Shown here one piece after another: positions 20,530 through 31,633 of a DNA stretch of 64,000 nt. A model generated the notes under the pieces. That model searched no databases, was not told the DNA's origin, and saw nothing but the letters and a program-made list of their open reading frames with translations. The DNA is taken from contig CAVYRF010000002.1 of assembly GCA_963770895.1 (NCBI GenBank), positions 5,184,001-5,248,000 of the forward strand, given 5' to 3'. The DNA comes from an uncultured Acidobacteriota bacterium. Its GTDB lineage: Bacteria > Acidobacteriota > Thermoanaerobaculia > Multivoradales > UBA5704. Each line of letters opens with the position of its first letter. The stretch's first letter is position 1. The translations under genes were made by a program, and so were the position numbers.

Positions 20530-22554
20530 ATGTCGATCGTCCTCGAACAGCTGACCAAGCGCTACGCCGGGCACCCGGTGGTCAACGGCGTGTCGTTGAC
20601 CGCCGCCGACGGCGAGCTGCACGTGCTGCTCGGCCCTTCGGGCAGCGGCAAGAGCACGCTGCTGCGCATGATCGCCGGCCTGGCCGACGTGGACGGCGGC
20701 CGCGTGGTGTTGCACGGGCGGGACGTGACCGATCTGCCGCCGGCGCGGCGCGGCGTCGGCTTCGTGTTCCAGAGCTACGCCCTGTTCCGCGGCATGACGG
20801 CGGCCGAAAACGTCGAGTTCGCGCTGCGCATCCGCGGCGTCAAGGCGGCCGAGCGGCGTCGCCGCCGCGACGAGCTGCTGGAGATGGTGGGGCTGACCGG
20901 CCTGGGCGGGCGCTCGCCGCGCCAGCTGTCGGGCGGCCAGCAGCAGCGCGTCGCCATCGCCCGCGCGCTGGCCCACCAGCCGGAAGTGCTGCTGCTCGAC
21001 GAGCCCTTCGGCGCCCTGGACGCGCGGGTGCGCCTGGACCTGCGGCGCACGGTGCGCACGATCCAGCGCGAGCTGCGCATCACGACGCTGTTCGTCACCC
21101 ACGACCAGGAGGAGGCCTTCGAGCTGGCCGACCGCGTGGCGGTGATGAATTTTGGCCGGCTGCTCGAAGAGGGGCCGCCCGACGAGCTGTACCTGCGGCC
21201 GGCGACGGAGTTCGTGGCGACCTTCCTGGGCACCGCCAACCTGATGGTGGGGGAGTGCGCGCCGGACGGCGTGCGCCTGGGGCCGGTGCACTTCCCGCTC
21301 AACACGCGCGCCGGCGAGACCCCCAGCGAGCCGCGGCGGGTGCAGGTGCTGTTCCGCCCCGAAGACGTGGCGCTGCGCGAGTCGGCCGAGGCGCTCACCC
21401 GGCTGTCGTGTCCGCCTCTGGGGCGCGCGGTGGTCGAGCAGCGCACCTTCGTCGGTTCGTACGAACGCCTGCGGCTGCGCCTGCCGCCGCTGCCCGGGGT
21501 GCGCGCCATCGCGCCGCCGGTGCCGTTCGGCAGCGACGACATCGCGGTCGAGGTGACGCGCACGCCGGACGAGGCGCGCCGCTACCCGCTGGCGACCGGC
21601 GACGCGTCGTGGGTGGGGGTGCGGCGGGTGCACGCCCTGGAGCACCCCGGCCTGCGCATGGTGCTGCTGGCCGACGGCACGCCGCCGTCGCGCGCGGCGG
21701 TGGCGCTGGGCGCCCAGCTGGCGCGCCTTTCCCACGCCCGCGTGCTGGTCTTGGGGCATCGGCCGGGGCCCGCCGGCCTGCCGCGGCTGGCGGCCGGCGC
21801 CCGCGGTGGTACCGAGCGTGCCGAGCGCGCCCAGCAGTCATCGCGCCCGGTGACGCACCCGGCGGCCCCGGCGCTCGCCGCCGGTGCGAGTGTCGGCGGC
21901 GGTGGCGCCGGCGCCGCGGACCAGGACCTGGAGCTGCTGCTGCAGCAGGTCCGCGAGACGCTCGGCAGCGGCCTGGCGGCGCTCGAAACGCGTTCGACGC
22001 CCGAGCTGCCCGCGGTGGCGGTCGCCGACGAAGAGGCGCGCCAGGGCGTCGACCTGCTGGTCGTCGGCAGCCCGGCGCGCGACGCCGGCGACATGGTGGA
22101 GCGCCTGCTGGAGGGGGGCGCCCGCAACCTGCTGCTCGCCCCCAGCCAGGCCGCCGCGACCGTCGAGCGGCTGCTGATCTGCGTCGCCATCGGCGAGCCG
22201 GGCAAGGCCGACGTGTCGTTCACCGGCCGGCTGGCGCGCCACCTGGGCGCCGAGGTGACCGTGCTGACGGTGCTTCCCGAAGCGGCGCGCGACGGCGGCG
22301 CCGAGCGCTTCCTGGCCAGCTGCGTGCGCACGCTGGGGCGCCAGGGCGTGGCCGCCACCACCCGCACGCGCGTCGGCCTGCCGACCGAGCAGATCCTGGC
22401 CGAGCGCCAGGAGGGGCGCCACGACCTGCTGGTCCTGGGCGCGCCGCTGCCGCGCGCCGACGGGCGCATCAGCCTGAGCGGCGTGATGGCCCGCCTGCTG
22501 CGTGAGGCGGCGGTGCCGGTGCTCATCGTGCGCTCGCCCGAGGCCGCCGGATGA
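20530..22554 (+). CDS. cysA: Sulfate ABC transporter ATP-binding protein with C-terminal universal-stress-protein-like extension
   Basis: [36 protein letters not shown]; first gene before sbp-cysT-cysW; tail ends DLLVLG…[13 protein letters not shown] (USP-like). Confidence 0.85.
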   Translation: MSIVLEQLTKRYAGHPVVNGVSLTAADGELHVLLGPSGSGKSTLLRMIAGLADVDGGRVVLHGRDVTDLPPARRGVGFVFQSYALFRGMTAAENVEFALRIRGVKAAERRRRRDELLEMVGLTGLGGRSPRQLSGGQQQRVAIARALAHQPEVLLLDEPFGALDARVRLDLRRTVRTIQRELRITTLFVTHDQEEAFELADRVAVMNFGRLLEEGPPDELYLRPATEFVATFLGTANLMVGECAPDGVRLGPVHFPLNTRAGETPSEPRRVQVLFRPEDVALRESAEALTRLSCPPLGRAVVEQRTFVGSYERLRLRLPPLPGVRAIAPPVPFGSDDIAVEVTRTPDEARRYPLATGDASWVGVRRVHALEHPGLRMVLLADGTPPSRAAVALGAQLARLSHARVLVLGHRPGPAGLPRLAAGARGGTERAERAQQSSRPVTHPAAPALAAGASVGGGGAGAADQDLELLLQQVRETLGSGLAALETRSTPELPAVAVADEEARQGVDLLVVGSPARDAGDMVERLLEGGARNLLLAPSQAAATVERLLICVAIGEPGKADVSFTGRLARHLGAEVTVLTVLPEAARDGGAERFLASCVRTLGRQGVAATTRTRVGLPTEQILAERQEGRHDLLVLGAPLPRADGRISLSGVMARLLREAAVPVLIVRSPEAAG

Positions 22555-22619
22555 ACGCTTGCCGCGAGCTGCCGCTGCTCGCTTTTCGCCGGCCGCCGGC
22601 CGGCCATGGAGGGACGTCG

Positions 22620-23681
22620 ATGCACCGCTTCCGCCGCTTCCGCACCCCCGTCGTCGCCAAGCTCGGGGCGATCGCCCTGTTCGCCTTTGCCCTCGGTCTC
22701 GCCGCGCCGTCCGGGCCGGCGCGGGCCGCGACCGCGGCGCCGCCCAAGGAGGTGAAGCTGCTCAACGTCTCCTACGACCCGACGCGCGAGCTCTACCAGG
22801 ATTTCAACACGGCGTTCGCCCGCTACTGGAAGGCGAAGACCGGGCAGGTGGTGACGATCGAGCAGTCGCACGGCGGTTCCGGCAAGCAGGCGCGTTCGGT
22901 CATCGACGGGCTGGAAGCCGACGTGGTGACGCTCGCCCTGGCCTACGACATCGACGCGATCGCCGCCGCCGGCATGCTGCCGGCCAACTGGCAGGCGCGG
23001 CTGCCCAGCAACAGCACGCCCTACACCTCGACGATGGTGTTCCTGGTGCGCAAGGGTAATCCCAAGCAGATCCACGACTGGGACGACCTGCTGCGCCCCG
23101 GCGTGCAGATCGTCACCCCCAACCCCAAGACCTCGGGCGGGGCGCGCTGGAACTACCTGGCCGCCTGGGGCTACGCGATGAAGAAATACGGCCAGGAAGC
23201 CAAGGCGCGCGATTTCGTGACCCGCCTGTACCGCCACGTGCCGGTGCTCGACACCGGCTCGCGCGGCGCCACCGTGACGTTCGTCGAGCGCGGCATCGGC
23301 GACGTCTCGATCGCCTGGGAGAACGAGGCCTACCTGGCGATCAACCAGTTGGGCAAGGGCAAGTTCGAGATCGTCACGCCGGGGGTGAGCGTGCTCGCCG
23401 AGCCGCCGGTCGCGGTGGTGGACAAGGTCGCCGCCAAGCATCACACGACCGAGGTGGCGCAGGCCTACCTGCAGTACCTGTATTCGCCGGAAGGGCAGGA
23501 GATCGCCGCCCGCAACTTCTACCGGCCGCGGCAGGCGGCGGCCGCGGCAAAGCACCCCGGCCTGTTCCCGCACATCCAGACGTTCACCGTCGACGAGATG
23601 TTCGGCGGCTGGACCAAGGCGCAAAAGGTGCACTTTGCCGACGGCGCCCTGTTCGACCAGATCTACCAGGTCGGCCGGTGA
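22620..23681 (+). CDS. sbp: Sulfate ABC transporter substrate-binding protein
   Basis: [43 protein letters not shown]. Confidence 0.96.
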   Translation: MHRFRRFRTPVVAKLGAIALFAFALGLAAPSGPARAATAAPPKEVKLLNVSYDPTRELYQDFNTAFARYWKAKTGQVVTIEQSHGGSGKQARSVIDGLEADVVTLALAYDIDAIAAAGMLPANWQARLPSNSTPYTSTMVFLVRKGNPKQIHDWDDLLRPGVQIVTPNPKTSGGARWNYLAAWGYAMKKYGQEAKARDFVTRLYRHVPVLDTGSRGATVTFVERGIGDVSIAWENEAYLAINQLGKGKFEIVTPGVSVLAEPPVAVVDKVAAKHHTTEVAQAYLQYLYSPEGQEIAARNFYRPRQAAAAAKHPGLFPHIQTFTVDEMFGGWTKAQKVHFADGALFDQIYQVGR

Positions 23682-24529
23682 CGACGGCGGCAGGCGGCGG
23701 GCGGGCGGCGCGGCGCGGCGTGCTGCCGGGGTTCGGGCTGGCGATGGGCTTCACCGTCACCTACCTCGGGCTGATCGTGCTGATCCCGCTGGCCGCCCTG
23801 GCGCAGAAGGCGACGACGCTGACCTGGAGCCAGTTCTGGCACGTCACCAGCGGTCCGCGCGAGCTGGCGGCGTACCGGCTGAGCTTCGGCGCGGCGCTGG
23901 CGGCGGCGGTCATCAACGGCGTCTTCGGGCTGCTGCTGGCGTGGGTGCTGGAGCGCTATTCGTTCCCCGGCAAGCGCTGGATCGACGGCCTGGTGGACCT
24001 GCCGTTCGCGCTGCCCACGGCGGTGGCGGGCATCTCGCTGGCGTCGCTCTATGCGCCCGAAGGGTGGATCGGCCGCTGGCTGGCGCCGCTCGGCGTGCAG
24101 GTGGCGTTCACCCGGCTGGGCATCGTCGTGGCGCTCACCTTCGTCGGCCTGCCGTTCGTCGTGCGCACCGTGCAGCCGGTGCTGCGCGAGCTGTCGCCCG
24201 AGCTGGAGGAGGCGGCGGCGACGCTCGGCGCCAGCCGCTGGCAGACCGTGCGGCGGGTGCTGCTGCCCGAGCTGGTGCCGGCGGCCGCCACCGGCTTCGC
24301 GCTGGCGTTCGCGCGGGCGCTGGGCGAATACGGCTCGGTCATCTTCATCGCCGGCAACATGCCGATGCGCTCCGAGATCACGCCGCTGCTGATCATGATC
24401 AAGCTCGAACAGTTCGACTACGCCGGCGCCACCGCGGTGGCGCTGGTGTTCCTGACCGCGTCCTTTTCGCTGCTGCTGCTGATCAACCTGCTGTCGTGGC
24501 GGTACGCCGTGCGGACGGCGGCAGCATGA
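23678..24529 (+). CDS. cysT: Sulfate ABC transporter permease CysT
   Basis: [27 protein letters not shown] loop, [14 protein letters not shown]. Confidence 0.95.
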   Translation: MTTAAGGGRAARRGVLPGFGLAMGFTVTYLGLIVLIPLAALAQKATTLTWSQFWHVTSGPRELAAYRLSFGAALAAAVINGVFGLLLAWVLERYSFPGKRWIDGLVDLPFALPTAVAGISLASLYAPEGWIGRWLAPLGVQVAFTRLGIVVALTFVGLPFVVRTVQPVLRELSPELEEAAATLGASRWQTVRRVLLPELVPAAATGFALAFARALGEYGSVIFIAGNMPMRSEITPLLIMIKLEQFDYAGATAVALVFLTASFSLLLLINLLSWRYAVRTAAA

Positions 24530-25380
24530 GCGACGCCGCGCCGGGTGTGGCGGCCGCCCGCCGTTCCCGCCACCTGGGCGAGCCGCGGGTGGTGCGCTGG
24601 CTGCTGATCGGCGTCGCCCTGGTGTTTCTGCTGGCGTTCCTCTTCGTGCCGCTGGCGGCGGTGTTCGTCAAGGCGTTCGCAAAGGGGGTGGCGGCGTTCG
24701 CGGCGGCGGTGGGCGATCACGACACGCTGGCGGCGATCCGGCTGACGCTCCTGACCGCGGGCATCGCGGTGCCGCTCAACCTGCTGTTCGGGCTCGCCGC
24801 CGCCTGGGCGGTGACGCATTTCCGCTTCCGCGGCAAGCAGCTGCTGGTCACCCTGATCGACCTGCCGTTCAGCGTCTCGCCGGTGGTTTCGGGCCTGATC
24901 TTCGTGCTGCTGTTCGGCGCCCGCGGACTGCTCGGTCCGTTCCTGTCCGAGCACGACGTCAAGATCATCTTTGCGCTGCCGGGGCTGGTGCTGGCGACGG
25001 TGTTCGTGACTTCGCCGCTGGTGGCGCGCGAGCTGATCCCGCTGATGCAGGCGCAGGGCGACGAGGAGGAGCGGGCGGCGCTCACCCTGGGCGCCTCGGG
25101 GTGGCAGACCTTCTGGCGCGTCAGCCTGCCCAAGATCCGCTGGGGGCTGCTCTACGGCGTGGTGCTGTGCAATGCGCGGGCGATGGGGGAATTTGGCGCC
25201 GTGTCGGTGGTGTCGGGGCACATCCGCGGCGTCACCACGACCATGCCGCTGCAGATCGAAATCCTGTACAACGACTATCAGTTTGCCGCCGCCTTCGCGG
25301 TGTCGTCGCTGCTGACCCTGCTGGCGCTGGTGACCCTGGCGGTCAAGAGCTGGGTCGAAAGGCACTCCGGCGATGGCTAG
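24526..25380 (+). CDS. cysW: Sulfate ABC transporter permease CysW
   Basis: ATGA overlap with cysT; DLPFSVSPVVSG, ARELIPLM, NARAMGEFGAVSVVSGHIRG. Confidence 0.95.
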   Translation: MSDAAPGVAAARRSRHLGEPRVVRWLLIGVALVFLLAFLFVPLAAVFVKAFAKGVAAFAAAVGDHDTLAAIRLTLLTAGIAVPLNLLFGLAAAWAVTHFRFRGKQLLVTLIDLPFSVSPVVSGLIFVLLFGARGLLGPFLSEHDVKIIFALPGLVLATVFVTSPLVARELIPLMQAQGDEEERAALTLGASGWQTFWRVSLPKIRWGLLYGVVLCNARAMGEFGAVSVVSGHIRGVTTTMPLQIEILYNDYQFAAAFAVSSLLTLLALVTLAVKSWVERHSGDG

Positions 25381-25458
25381 CGCTCCGCACGGCCGGGCCG
25401 GTGGCGCCCTGCCCGCGCGGTGGGTGGCGGGGCGGCGGCGGGGGTAGACTGGCCTGTC

Positions 25459-27723
25459 ATGCGCCGCCTCAGCCTGGGCTCGCTGCTGATCCTGCTCAAT
25501 GCCGGACTGGTCCTGGTGGCGGTGGTGTGGGTGGCCGCCGGCGCGGTGCGGGTGCTGCGCGAGCTGGCGGACCGGCAGGCGCTGGCGCGCGTCGACCTGG
25601 CGGCGCAGAGCGCCGCGGCGGTGATCGCGCGCGCCGGCGATGAGGTGGTGGCGTCGGCGCGCCTGGCGGCCGACCATCCCGACCTGCGCAGGATCGTGGC
25701 GGGCGGCGACCGCGCGGCGCTCGCGGCCTGGCTGGACCGCTTTCGCCGCACCAGCGAGCTGACCGGCTGCGCGCTCTTCGCCGGCGGGCAGCTGCTGGCG
25801 AGCGCCGGGCCGCCGCTGCCGTGGGAGGCGCTGCGCCGTCCCGGCGCCGGCGGGCGCGCCATGGCGAGCGGCGCCGGCGGTGGCGGCGACGGGCTGGACG
25901 GCGGTGGCGGCCTGATCCTGGGAGGTTCGGCGCCGGTTGCGGCGCTGCCGCAGGCGACGGCGGTGACGGCGCTGGCGATGGACGGCACCTTCGCGCAGCG
26001 CACCGGCGACCAGGTCGGCCTGGCGGTGGTGGTGCTCGACCGCGCCGAGGCCGAGCGGTCGGCGGCGACGGCGGCGGCGGTGCGCCAGCGGGCGCTGGCG
26101 ATGCCGGTGCCCGTACCGCCGCCGGGCGGCGGCGACATGGGGGGCCGGACGGCGGTGCCGGTCGCCTCGGCGCGGGTGGAGGTGGCCGACCTGTACATCG
26201 CCGACCGGCCGCTGCTGGCGCCGTCGGGCGCGGTGGCGGGGCTGGTCGAAAGCCGGCTGCCGATGGCGACGGTGGACGGGCCGCTGGCCAGCCTCACCCG
26301 GCAGATGATGATCCTGGCGCTGGGCGTGGCAGCGGCGGCGACGCTGGCGTCGGCGGCGGCGGGGCGCTGGCTGGGGCGGCCGGTGCGCGCGCTCACGGCG
26401 TCGGCGGCGCGTCTGGGACGCGGCGACCTGACGACGCCGATCGGCCATGCGCCGGGGCTGGAGCTGGGGGCGCTGGCGGCGACGCTCGAGGAGACGCGGC
26501 GGCAGCTGCTGCGCCTGACCGCCGAGCTGCGGCAGCGCCAGGCCGAAAGCGAGGCGGTGCTGACCGGCATCGCCGAGGGGGTGATGAGCGTCGATCGCGA
26601 CCGCCGCATCCGCTATCTCAACCCGCAGGCCGCGGTGCTTCTGGGCGTGCGCCAGGGGCAGGCGCTGGGACGCTTCTGCGGCGACGTCCTCAACCCCCGC
26701 GGGCCGGCGGGCGAGCGCCCGTGCGAAGACGGCTGTCCGATCGTGCACGCGCGCTTTCGCGGCGGCGCCCTTGCTACCGAAAATCTGCAGCTGCCGGGCG
26801 GCCGCCAGCGCTCGATCGTCATCACCAGCGCCGGGCCGGTCGAAGGGCGCCAGTTCCTGGTGCTGCGCGACGAAACCGACGTCGAGCTGGCGCGGCGCCA
26901 GCGCGACGCCGTGCTGGCCAACATCTCGCACGAGTTCAAGACGCCGCTTGCGGCCCAGCGCGCCTCGATCGAGCTGCTGCGCGAAAAGCTCCTGGAACGG
27001 CCGGGCGGCGCCGCGGCCGGGCCGGCGGACGCGGCGTTGGCGCCGGCCTATTGGGCGGAGACGCAGGAGCTGGTGCTGTCGCTCGAGCGCGGCGGGCTGC
27101 GTCTGACGCAGCTGATCGACAACCTGCTGGAGAGCGTGCGCATCGAATCGGGACAGGACGGCTTGCGGCGGCGCCCGGTGGCGCTCGACCAGGTGATCGA
27201 AGACGCCGTCGAGCTGACGGCGCCGCTGTTCGCCCAGCGCGGCCAGCGGGTGCGGGTCGACCTGCCGTATCCGCTGCCGGCGGTGCTGGGCGACGCGCCG
27301 CGCCTGACCCAGGTGTTCGTCAACCTGCTGGCCAACGCTCACAAGTTCGCGCCGGCGGGATCGGCGCTGGCGATCGGCGGCGAGGTGACCGCGGACCAGG
27401 TGGCGCTGTGGGTGGACGACGAAGGGCCCGGCCTGCCGGCGGCCGCCGAGTCGGGGCGCGAGCTGTTTCGCCGCTTCGTCCGCTCGCCGGAGCAGATGGG
27501 CGAGCCGGAACAGAGCGGCATGGGGCTGGGCCTGTGGATCGTGCAGTCGATCGTCGAGCGCCACGGCGGCACGGTCGAGGCGCAGCGCCGCGAACCCGGC
27601 ACGCGGATGCGCGTCGCGCTGCCGCTGGCGCCGGCGGTGGCGGCGCTTTCGGCGGCTGGGGTGGGCCAGGCGGCCGGGGCGGCAGTGGCGGCAGCGCCGC
27701 CGGCACAGGAGAGCGGGGCATGA
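25459..27723 (+). CDS. Membrane sensor histidine kinase (HAMP-PAS-HisKA-HATPase)
   Basis: Two TM segments; ISHEFKTPL; NLLANAHKF; DEGPG; GMGLGL. Confidence 0.92.
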   Translation: MRRLSLGSLLILLNAGLVLVAVVWVAAGAVRVLRELADRQALARVDLAAQSAAAVIARAGDEVVASARLAADHPDLRRIVAGGDRAALAAWLDRFRRTSELTGCALFAGGQLLASAGPPLPWEALRRPGAGGRAMASGAGGGGDGLDGGGGLILGGSAPVAALPQATAVTALAMDGTFAQRTGDQVGLAVVVLDRAEAERSAATAAAVRQRALAMPVPVPPPGGGDMGGRTAVPVASARVEVADLYIADRPLLAPSGAVAGLVESRLPMATVDGPLASLTRQMMILALGVAAAATLASAAAGRWLGRPVRALTASAARLGRGDLTTPIGHAPGLELGALAATLEETRRQLLRLTAELRQRQAESEAVLTGIAEGVMSVDRDRRIRYLNPQAAVLLGVRQGQALGRFCGDVLNPRGPAGERPCEDGCPIVHARFRGGALATENLQLPGGRQRSIVITSAGPVEGRQFLVLRDETDVELARRQRDAVLANISHEFKTPLAAQRASIELLREKLLERPGGAAAGPADAALAPAYWAETQELVLSLERGGLRLTQLIDNLLESVRIESGQDGLRRRPVALDQVIEDAVELTAPLFAQRGQRVRVDLPYPLPAVLGDAPRLTQVFVNLLANAHKFAPAGSALAIGGEVTADQVALWVDDEGPGLPAAAESGRELFRRFVRSPEQMGEPEQSGMGLGLWIVQSIVERHGGTVEAQRREPGTRMRVALPLAPAVAALSAAGVGQAAGAAVAAAPPAQESGA

Positions 27724-28409
27724 AGATCCTGATCGTGGACGACGACCGCGAGCTGGCGGGGCTGATCGCCTATGCCTTGCGCCAGGCCGGGTACATGACG
27801 GTCGAAGCGGGCGACGGCCTGGCCGCGCTCGCCGCCTTCGAGCGCGAGCAGCCCGACCTGGTGATCCTGGACCTGCAGCTGCCCAAGCTGGGCGGCCACG
27901 AGGTCTGCCGGCGCATCCGCGAGCACTCGGCGACGCCGATCATGATGCTGACCGTGCAGGGCGGCGAGGAGGACGAGGTGGCGGGGCTCGACCTGGGGGC
28001 CGACGACTACCTGACCAAGCCGTTCAGTCCGCGCGCCCTGCTGGCGCGGGTGCGCGCCCTGCTGCGCCGGGCCGGCGAGGACAAGCCGGCGCCGCTGCTC
28101 GCCGGCGACTTTGCGCTCGACCTCGAGCAGCAGTCGGTGACGGTGCGCGGCGGCCCGCCGCTGCGCCTGACGCGGCTGGAGGTGCGCCTGCTGCAGCTGC
28201 TGCTGGCCAATGCCGGCCACCCGGTGCCGGTCGAGCGCCTGCTGTCGCACGTGTGGGGCTCGCGCGGTGCCGGCGACCGCCAGCTGGTCAAGCAGCTGGT
28301 CCATCGCCTGCGCCACAAGATCGAGATCGACGCCCGCCAGCCGCGCTACCTGCAGACCGTCGCCAGCGTCGGCTATACCCTGCGCTCGCGCGGCGAAGCC
28401 GGCGAGTAG
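27720..28409 (+). CDS. OmpR-family response regulator
   Basis: MKILIVDDD, LDLQLP, GADDYLTKPF, C-terminal winged helix; ATGA overlap with the kinase. Confidence 0.95.
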   Translation: MKILIVDDDRELAGLIAYALRQAGYMTVEAGDGLAALAAFEREQPDLVILDLQLPKLGGHEVCRRIREHSATPIMMLTVQGGEEDEVAGLDLGADDYLTKPFSPRALLARVRALLRRAGEDKPAPLLAGDFALDLEQQSVTVRGGPPLRLTRLEVRLLQLLLANAGHPVPVERLLSHVWGSRGAGDRQLVKQLVHRLRHKIEIDARQPRYLQTVASVGYTLRSRGEAGE

Positions 28410-28609
28410 GCGGCGCCTGCTGGCCGGGGCGTCGCGGCGCCCCGGCGCCCCGCGGCGTCCGCCCGCGACAGGCCGCCTGGGGGCTGCGGCGCCAGTACCT
28501 TCTCATATTTGCATCATTCGATGTGAACTAATCGCTGTCTGCTGCGTATATTGACTATGCGGATGTCGAATGAGGTATTGTGTTGGCAGGAGATCCACAA
28601 GGAGGCAAG

Positions 28610-29932
28610 ATGATGACGCCACGCCCGGGACACTCCGACCGCGAGGCCGGCAGCTCGACGCTGTGGGACTTGGGGCCGTTCGAGCTGCTGCTGCAGCGCA
28701 AGCTGGGGACCGCCGACAGCTTCCAAGTGCGGCCCGTGTCGCGCCTGATCGCCGCCAGCGAGGAGGATGCGACGCTGGCGGACCAGCTGTTGCGGCTGCC
28801 GCGGTCGCAGCGCCTGGCGTGCGTCGAGCGGGAGCCGGTGTACCGGCGCGAGTCGCTGGCGCGGCTGTTCGCGATGCGGTGCGAAGCGAGCCTGCACCTG
28901 GGCGCCTGCGACGCCCCCGCGGCGGAGCTGGCGGTGGCGGTGGCCGTGGCGCTGGACGTCGTGCCGGGCGGCAGCGTCGAGCGCACGGCGGCGCTGGCGT
29001 TCTGGCTGCTCGGCAAGACCAGTCTGGCGGCGCGGCGCTGGCAGGAGGCCGAAAACGCCTTCGAGATGATGCACTCCTTCGTGCCGGAGGGCGTCTCCGA
29101 GGAGCGGGCGCTGGCGCTTTGCGGCCTGGCGCAGCTGCGCTCCGACCAGGGAGCGTGGGACGACGCGATCATGCTGTTCGGCTGGGCGGCGCTGCTGTTC
29201 GCCCGCATGCAGGCGCTGGAGTCAGCCGCCGCCTGCCGCGCGCAGCAGGCCGACCTGCTGGTGGCGCTCGGGGCGCCGGACAAGGCGCGCGACTCGCTGG
29301 AGCAGGCGCTGCAAGACCTGGACTGCGCCACGGCGCCGTCGTTCGCCGCCCGCCTGCTGCTGGCGCTCGGCGGGTGCGAGGCGGCGGGCGGCCGCCTGGA
29401 AGCGGCGCGGACGGCGCTGCGGCAGGCCCGCGGGCTCTACGACCTGCCGGCGGCGCCCGGCGAGGAGGTGCAGCGCGCATGGCTGGAGGGCAGGGTTGCC
29501 GCCGCCGCGGGCGAATCCGGCGTCGCCGACCGCCTGCTCGACGGCGTGCGCCGCCAGCTGCTGACCGGCGGCAGCCTGCAGGAGGCGGCGCGGGTGACGC
29601 TCGACCAGGTGCTGCTGCGGCTGGGCAACAATCCCGGCGCCGCCGGCGATGCCGGTAATCCTGCCAGCCCGAGCGCGGTCCTCGCCGCCGAGCTCGCCGC
29701 GGCGTTTCCGCTGGCGACGGAGCACTTCGCGGCAGCGCTGGCCGAGCTCGCCGCGATCCCCGCGGAGGAGCGTGCGCGCGCCGCCGGCGAGCTGCGCCAG
29801 CGGCTGTGGCAGACCGCGCCGGAAGAGCAGGCGCGGCCGCCGCACCTGACCCCCTTGCGCGCCCTGGCCGATCGCCTGTTGCGGCGCATCGACGAGCACC
29901 AGGACCCGCTGGGCGGGGCGCGCGATCTGTAG
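28610..29932 (+). CDS. TPR-like helical repeat protein
   Basis: GGAGG RBS; Ala/Leu helical repeats (…WQEAENAF…, WLEGRVA). Confidence 0.6.
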   Translation: MMTPRPGHSDREAGSSTLWDLGPFELLLQRKLGTADSFQVRPVSRLIAASEEDATLADQLLRLPRSQRLACVEREPVYRRESLARLFAMRCEASLHLGACDAPAAELAVAVAVALDVVPGGSVERTAALAFWLLGKTSLAARRWQEAENAFEMMHSFVPEGVSEERALALCGLAQLRSDQGAWDDAIMLFGWAALLFARMQALESAAACRAQQADLLVALGAPDKARDSLEQALQDLDCATAPSFAARLLLALGGCEAAGGRLEAARTALRQARGLYDLPAAPGEEVQRAWLEGRVAAAAGESGVADRLLDGVRRQLLTGGSLQEAARVTLDQVLLRLGNNPGAAGDAGNPASPSAVLAAELAAAFPLATEHFAAALAELAAIPAEERARAAGELRQRLWQTAPEEQARPPHLTPLRALADRLLRRIDEHQDPLGGARDL

Positions 29933-29964
29933 GTTCGGGGCCTCGGTCAGCGTCGGAGCGTCGG

Positions 29965-31560
29965 TCAGGGCAACGCCAGCAGGTAGGCGCGGCCGTCTGT
30001 AAAGAAGCGGTCGCTGCCGGCGTCGGTGCCGCGGCCGGGGGGACCGACGGTGAGCGTTGCCAGGCGCCGCGCGCCGCTCGGCGCCAGGTCGCCGGCGATC
30101 AGGTCGCGTTCGCGATCCACGTGCAGATCGATGCGGTGGGTGAGCAGGTAGGGCGCCGCCACCAGCATGATGCCGGCGTCGTAGCTGGCGGTCGCCACCC
30201 ACAGCGGCAGGTTGCCGGGGCTCACCCGCAGCCCGGTATCCCAGAGGCGGGTGTGGTGGCGGCGGCGGATCGAGCCCGATGGGTCGCCCGGCTTCTCGAA
30301 GGTGAGGTCCTGGGGCTGGCGCTCGTAGTAGGTCGGCGACGCCGGGCCGCGCGGATCGGGCCGGTTGCTGGCGACGTCCCAGAGCTCGGTCAGCACGCCG
30401 TGCACGGACTGCGGCTCGGCCTGCTGCCAGCCGGCGCGCGCGAACGCGGCGGCGAGGTGCGCCTGGTCGGCGATATAGAGCAGCGACACCGGCTCCATGG
30501 CGCCGCCCACCGCGTCTTCGGAGCGCACCGGCAGGCCGGCGGGGAAGGCGGCGGCGACCTGGGCCGCGGCGATCGGCAGCAGCGGCCGCGGCGGCCCCAC
30601 CACCTTGGGCTGGGGCCGCAGGGCGGCCAGCATCGACGCGTACACGCACAGCGCCACCGCCGACGCGGCCAGCGCGCCCGCCAGCCATGGGCAGCCGTCG
30701 GCGGGGACCGGCAGGCGGTGCTCGACCGGCGGATATTTGAACAGCGCGATCAGGATGGCCAGCCAGGCGGTGGCGAGCGCCAGGCTGGCCACCGTGTCGT
30801 ACGGCCAGTGCACGCCCAGGTAGATGCGCGAGATCGGCACCGACCCGATCAGCACCAGCAGCGGTGCCGCCAGCATCCAATGCCAGGGGCGGCGCGGCTC
30901 GTCGCGCAGGATCAGGTAGACCAGGAAGCCATACACCGAAGCGGCGACCAGGGTGTGGCCGGACGGGAAGCTGGAATCGTGCAGCAGCTGCGCGGCGCCC
31001 GGCGGGCGGGGTCGTTCGACCAGGCGCTTGAGGCCCAGGGAGAGCAGCTCGGCGCCGACCAGCCCGCAGCACAGCCCCAGCGCTTCGCGCCGCCTGCCGC
31101 CGGCCCAGAACAGCACCGCCACGCAGACCACCAGCGGCAGGACGAAGCTGGCGCTGGCCAGGGTGGTCACCAGCGAATAGAACCGCCACAGCACCGGCGA
31201 ATGGAAGCGCTCGACGGTGTTGTGCAGGCACTGGTCGGCGACCACCAGCTTGCTGTCGTCGAGCACCCCGCGCAGCAGGTGGACAAACCAGGCGCCGGCG
31301 CCGCCGGCGAAGGCGGCCCCGAGCACCAAACGCAGCCACGAGCGGCGGGAGTCGTGCAGGTGCCGGTCCAGAAACGCCATCAGGCGCGGCGCCCGGCGAC
31401 GCGCGCCGTGCAGACGCGGATGCGCCAGCAGCCGCCCCAACGACCCCCGCACCAGGTGAAACCCGCGGTGCGGCACCAGCCACGCCAGCGCCAGCAAGCC
31501 GGCGATGCTCCACACCAGCGCCCCCTTGCCCAGGACCACCGATAGAGCGTGGAGCGTCAT
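29965..31560 (-). CDS. PAP2 phosphatase fused to LssY C-terminal domain
   Basis: KRLVERPRP, SFPSGH, SRIYLGVHW; C-terminal RRRHHTRLW…WVATASYD…THRID…DRERD. Confidence 0.88.
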   Translation of the reverse strand: MTLHALSVVLGKGALVWSIAGLLALAWLVPHRGFHLVRGSLGRLLAHPRLHGARRRAPRLMAFLDRHLHDSRRSWLRLVLGAAFAGGAGAWFVHLLRGVLDDSKLVVADQCLHNTVERFHSPVLWRFYSLVTTLASASFVLPLVVCVAVLFWAGGRRREALGLCCGLVGAELLSLGLKRLVERPRPPGAAQLLHDSSFPSGHTLVAASVYGFLVYLILRDEPRRPWHWMLAAPLLVLIGSVPISRIYLGVHWPYDTVASLALATAWLAILIALFKYPPVEHRLPVPADGCPWLAGALAASAVALCVYASMLAALRPQPKVVGPPRPLLPIAAAQVAAAFPAGLPVRSEDAVGGAMEPVSLLYIADQAHLAAAFARAGWQQAEPQSVHGVLTELWDVASNRPDPRGPASPTYYERQPQDLTFEKPGDPSGSIRRRHHTRLWDTGLRVSPGNLPLWVATASYDAGIMLVAAPYLLTHRIDLHVDRERDLIAGDLAPSGARRLATLTVGPPGRGTDAGSDRFFTDGRAYLLALP

Positions 31561-31633
31561 GCGGCGGCTCTCCCGCGCGTCATGCCCTCGGCGCCCCTGA
31601 AGGCGGCCGCGACACACCGGCGGGTGCCGCGCG

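Noticed and set aside
24418-27564. 1048-aa minus-strand ORF
   Set aside because: Shadow of cysW and the histidine kinase.
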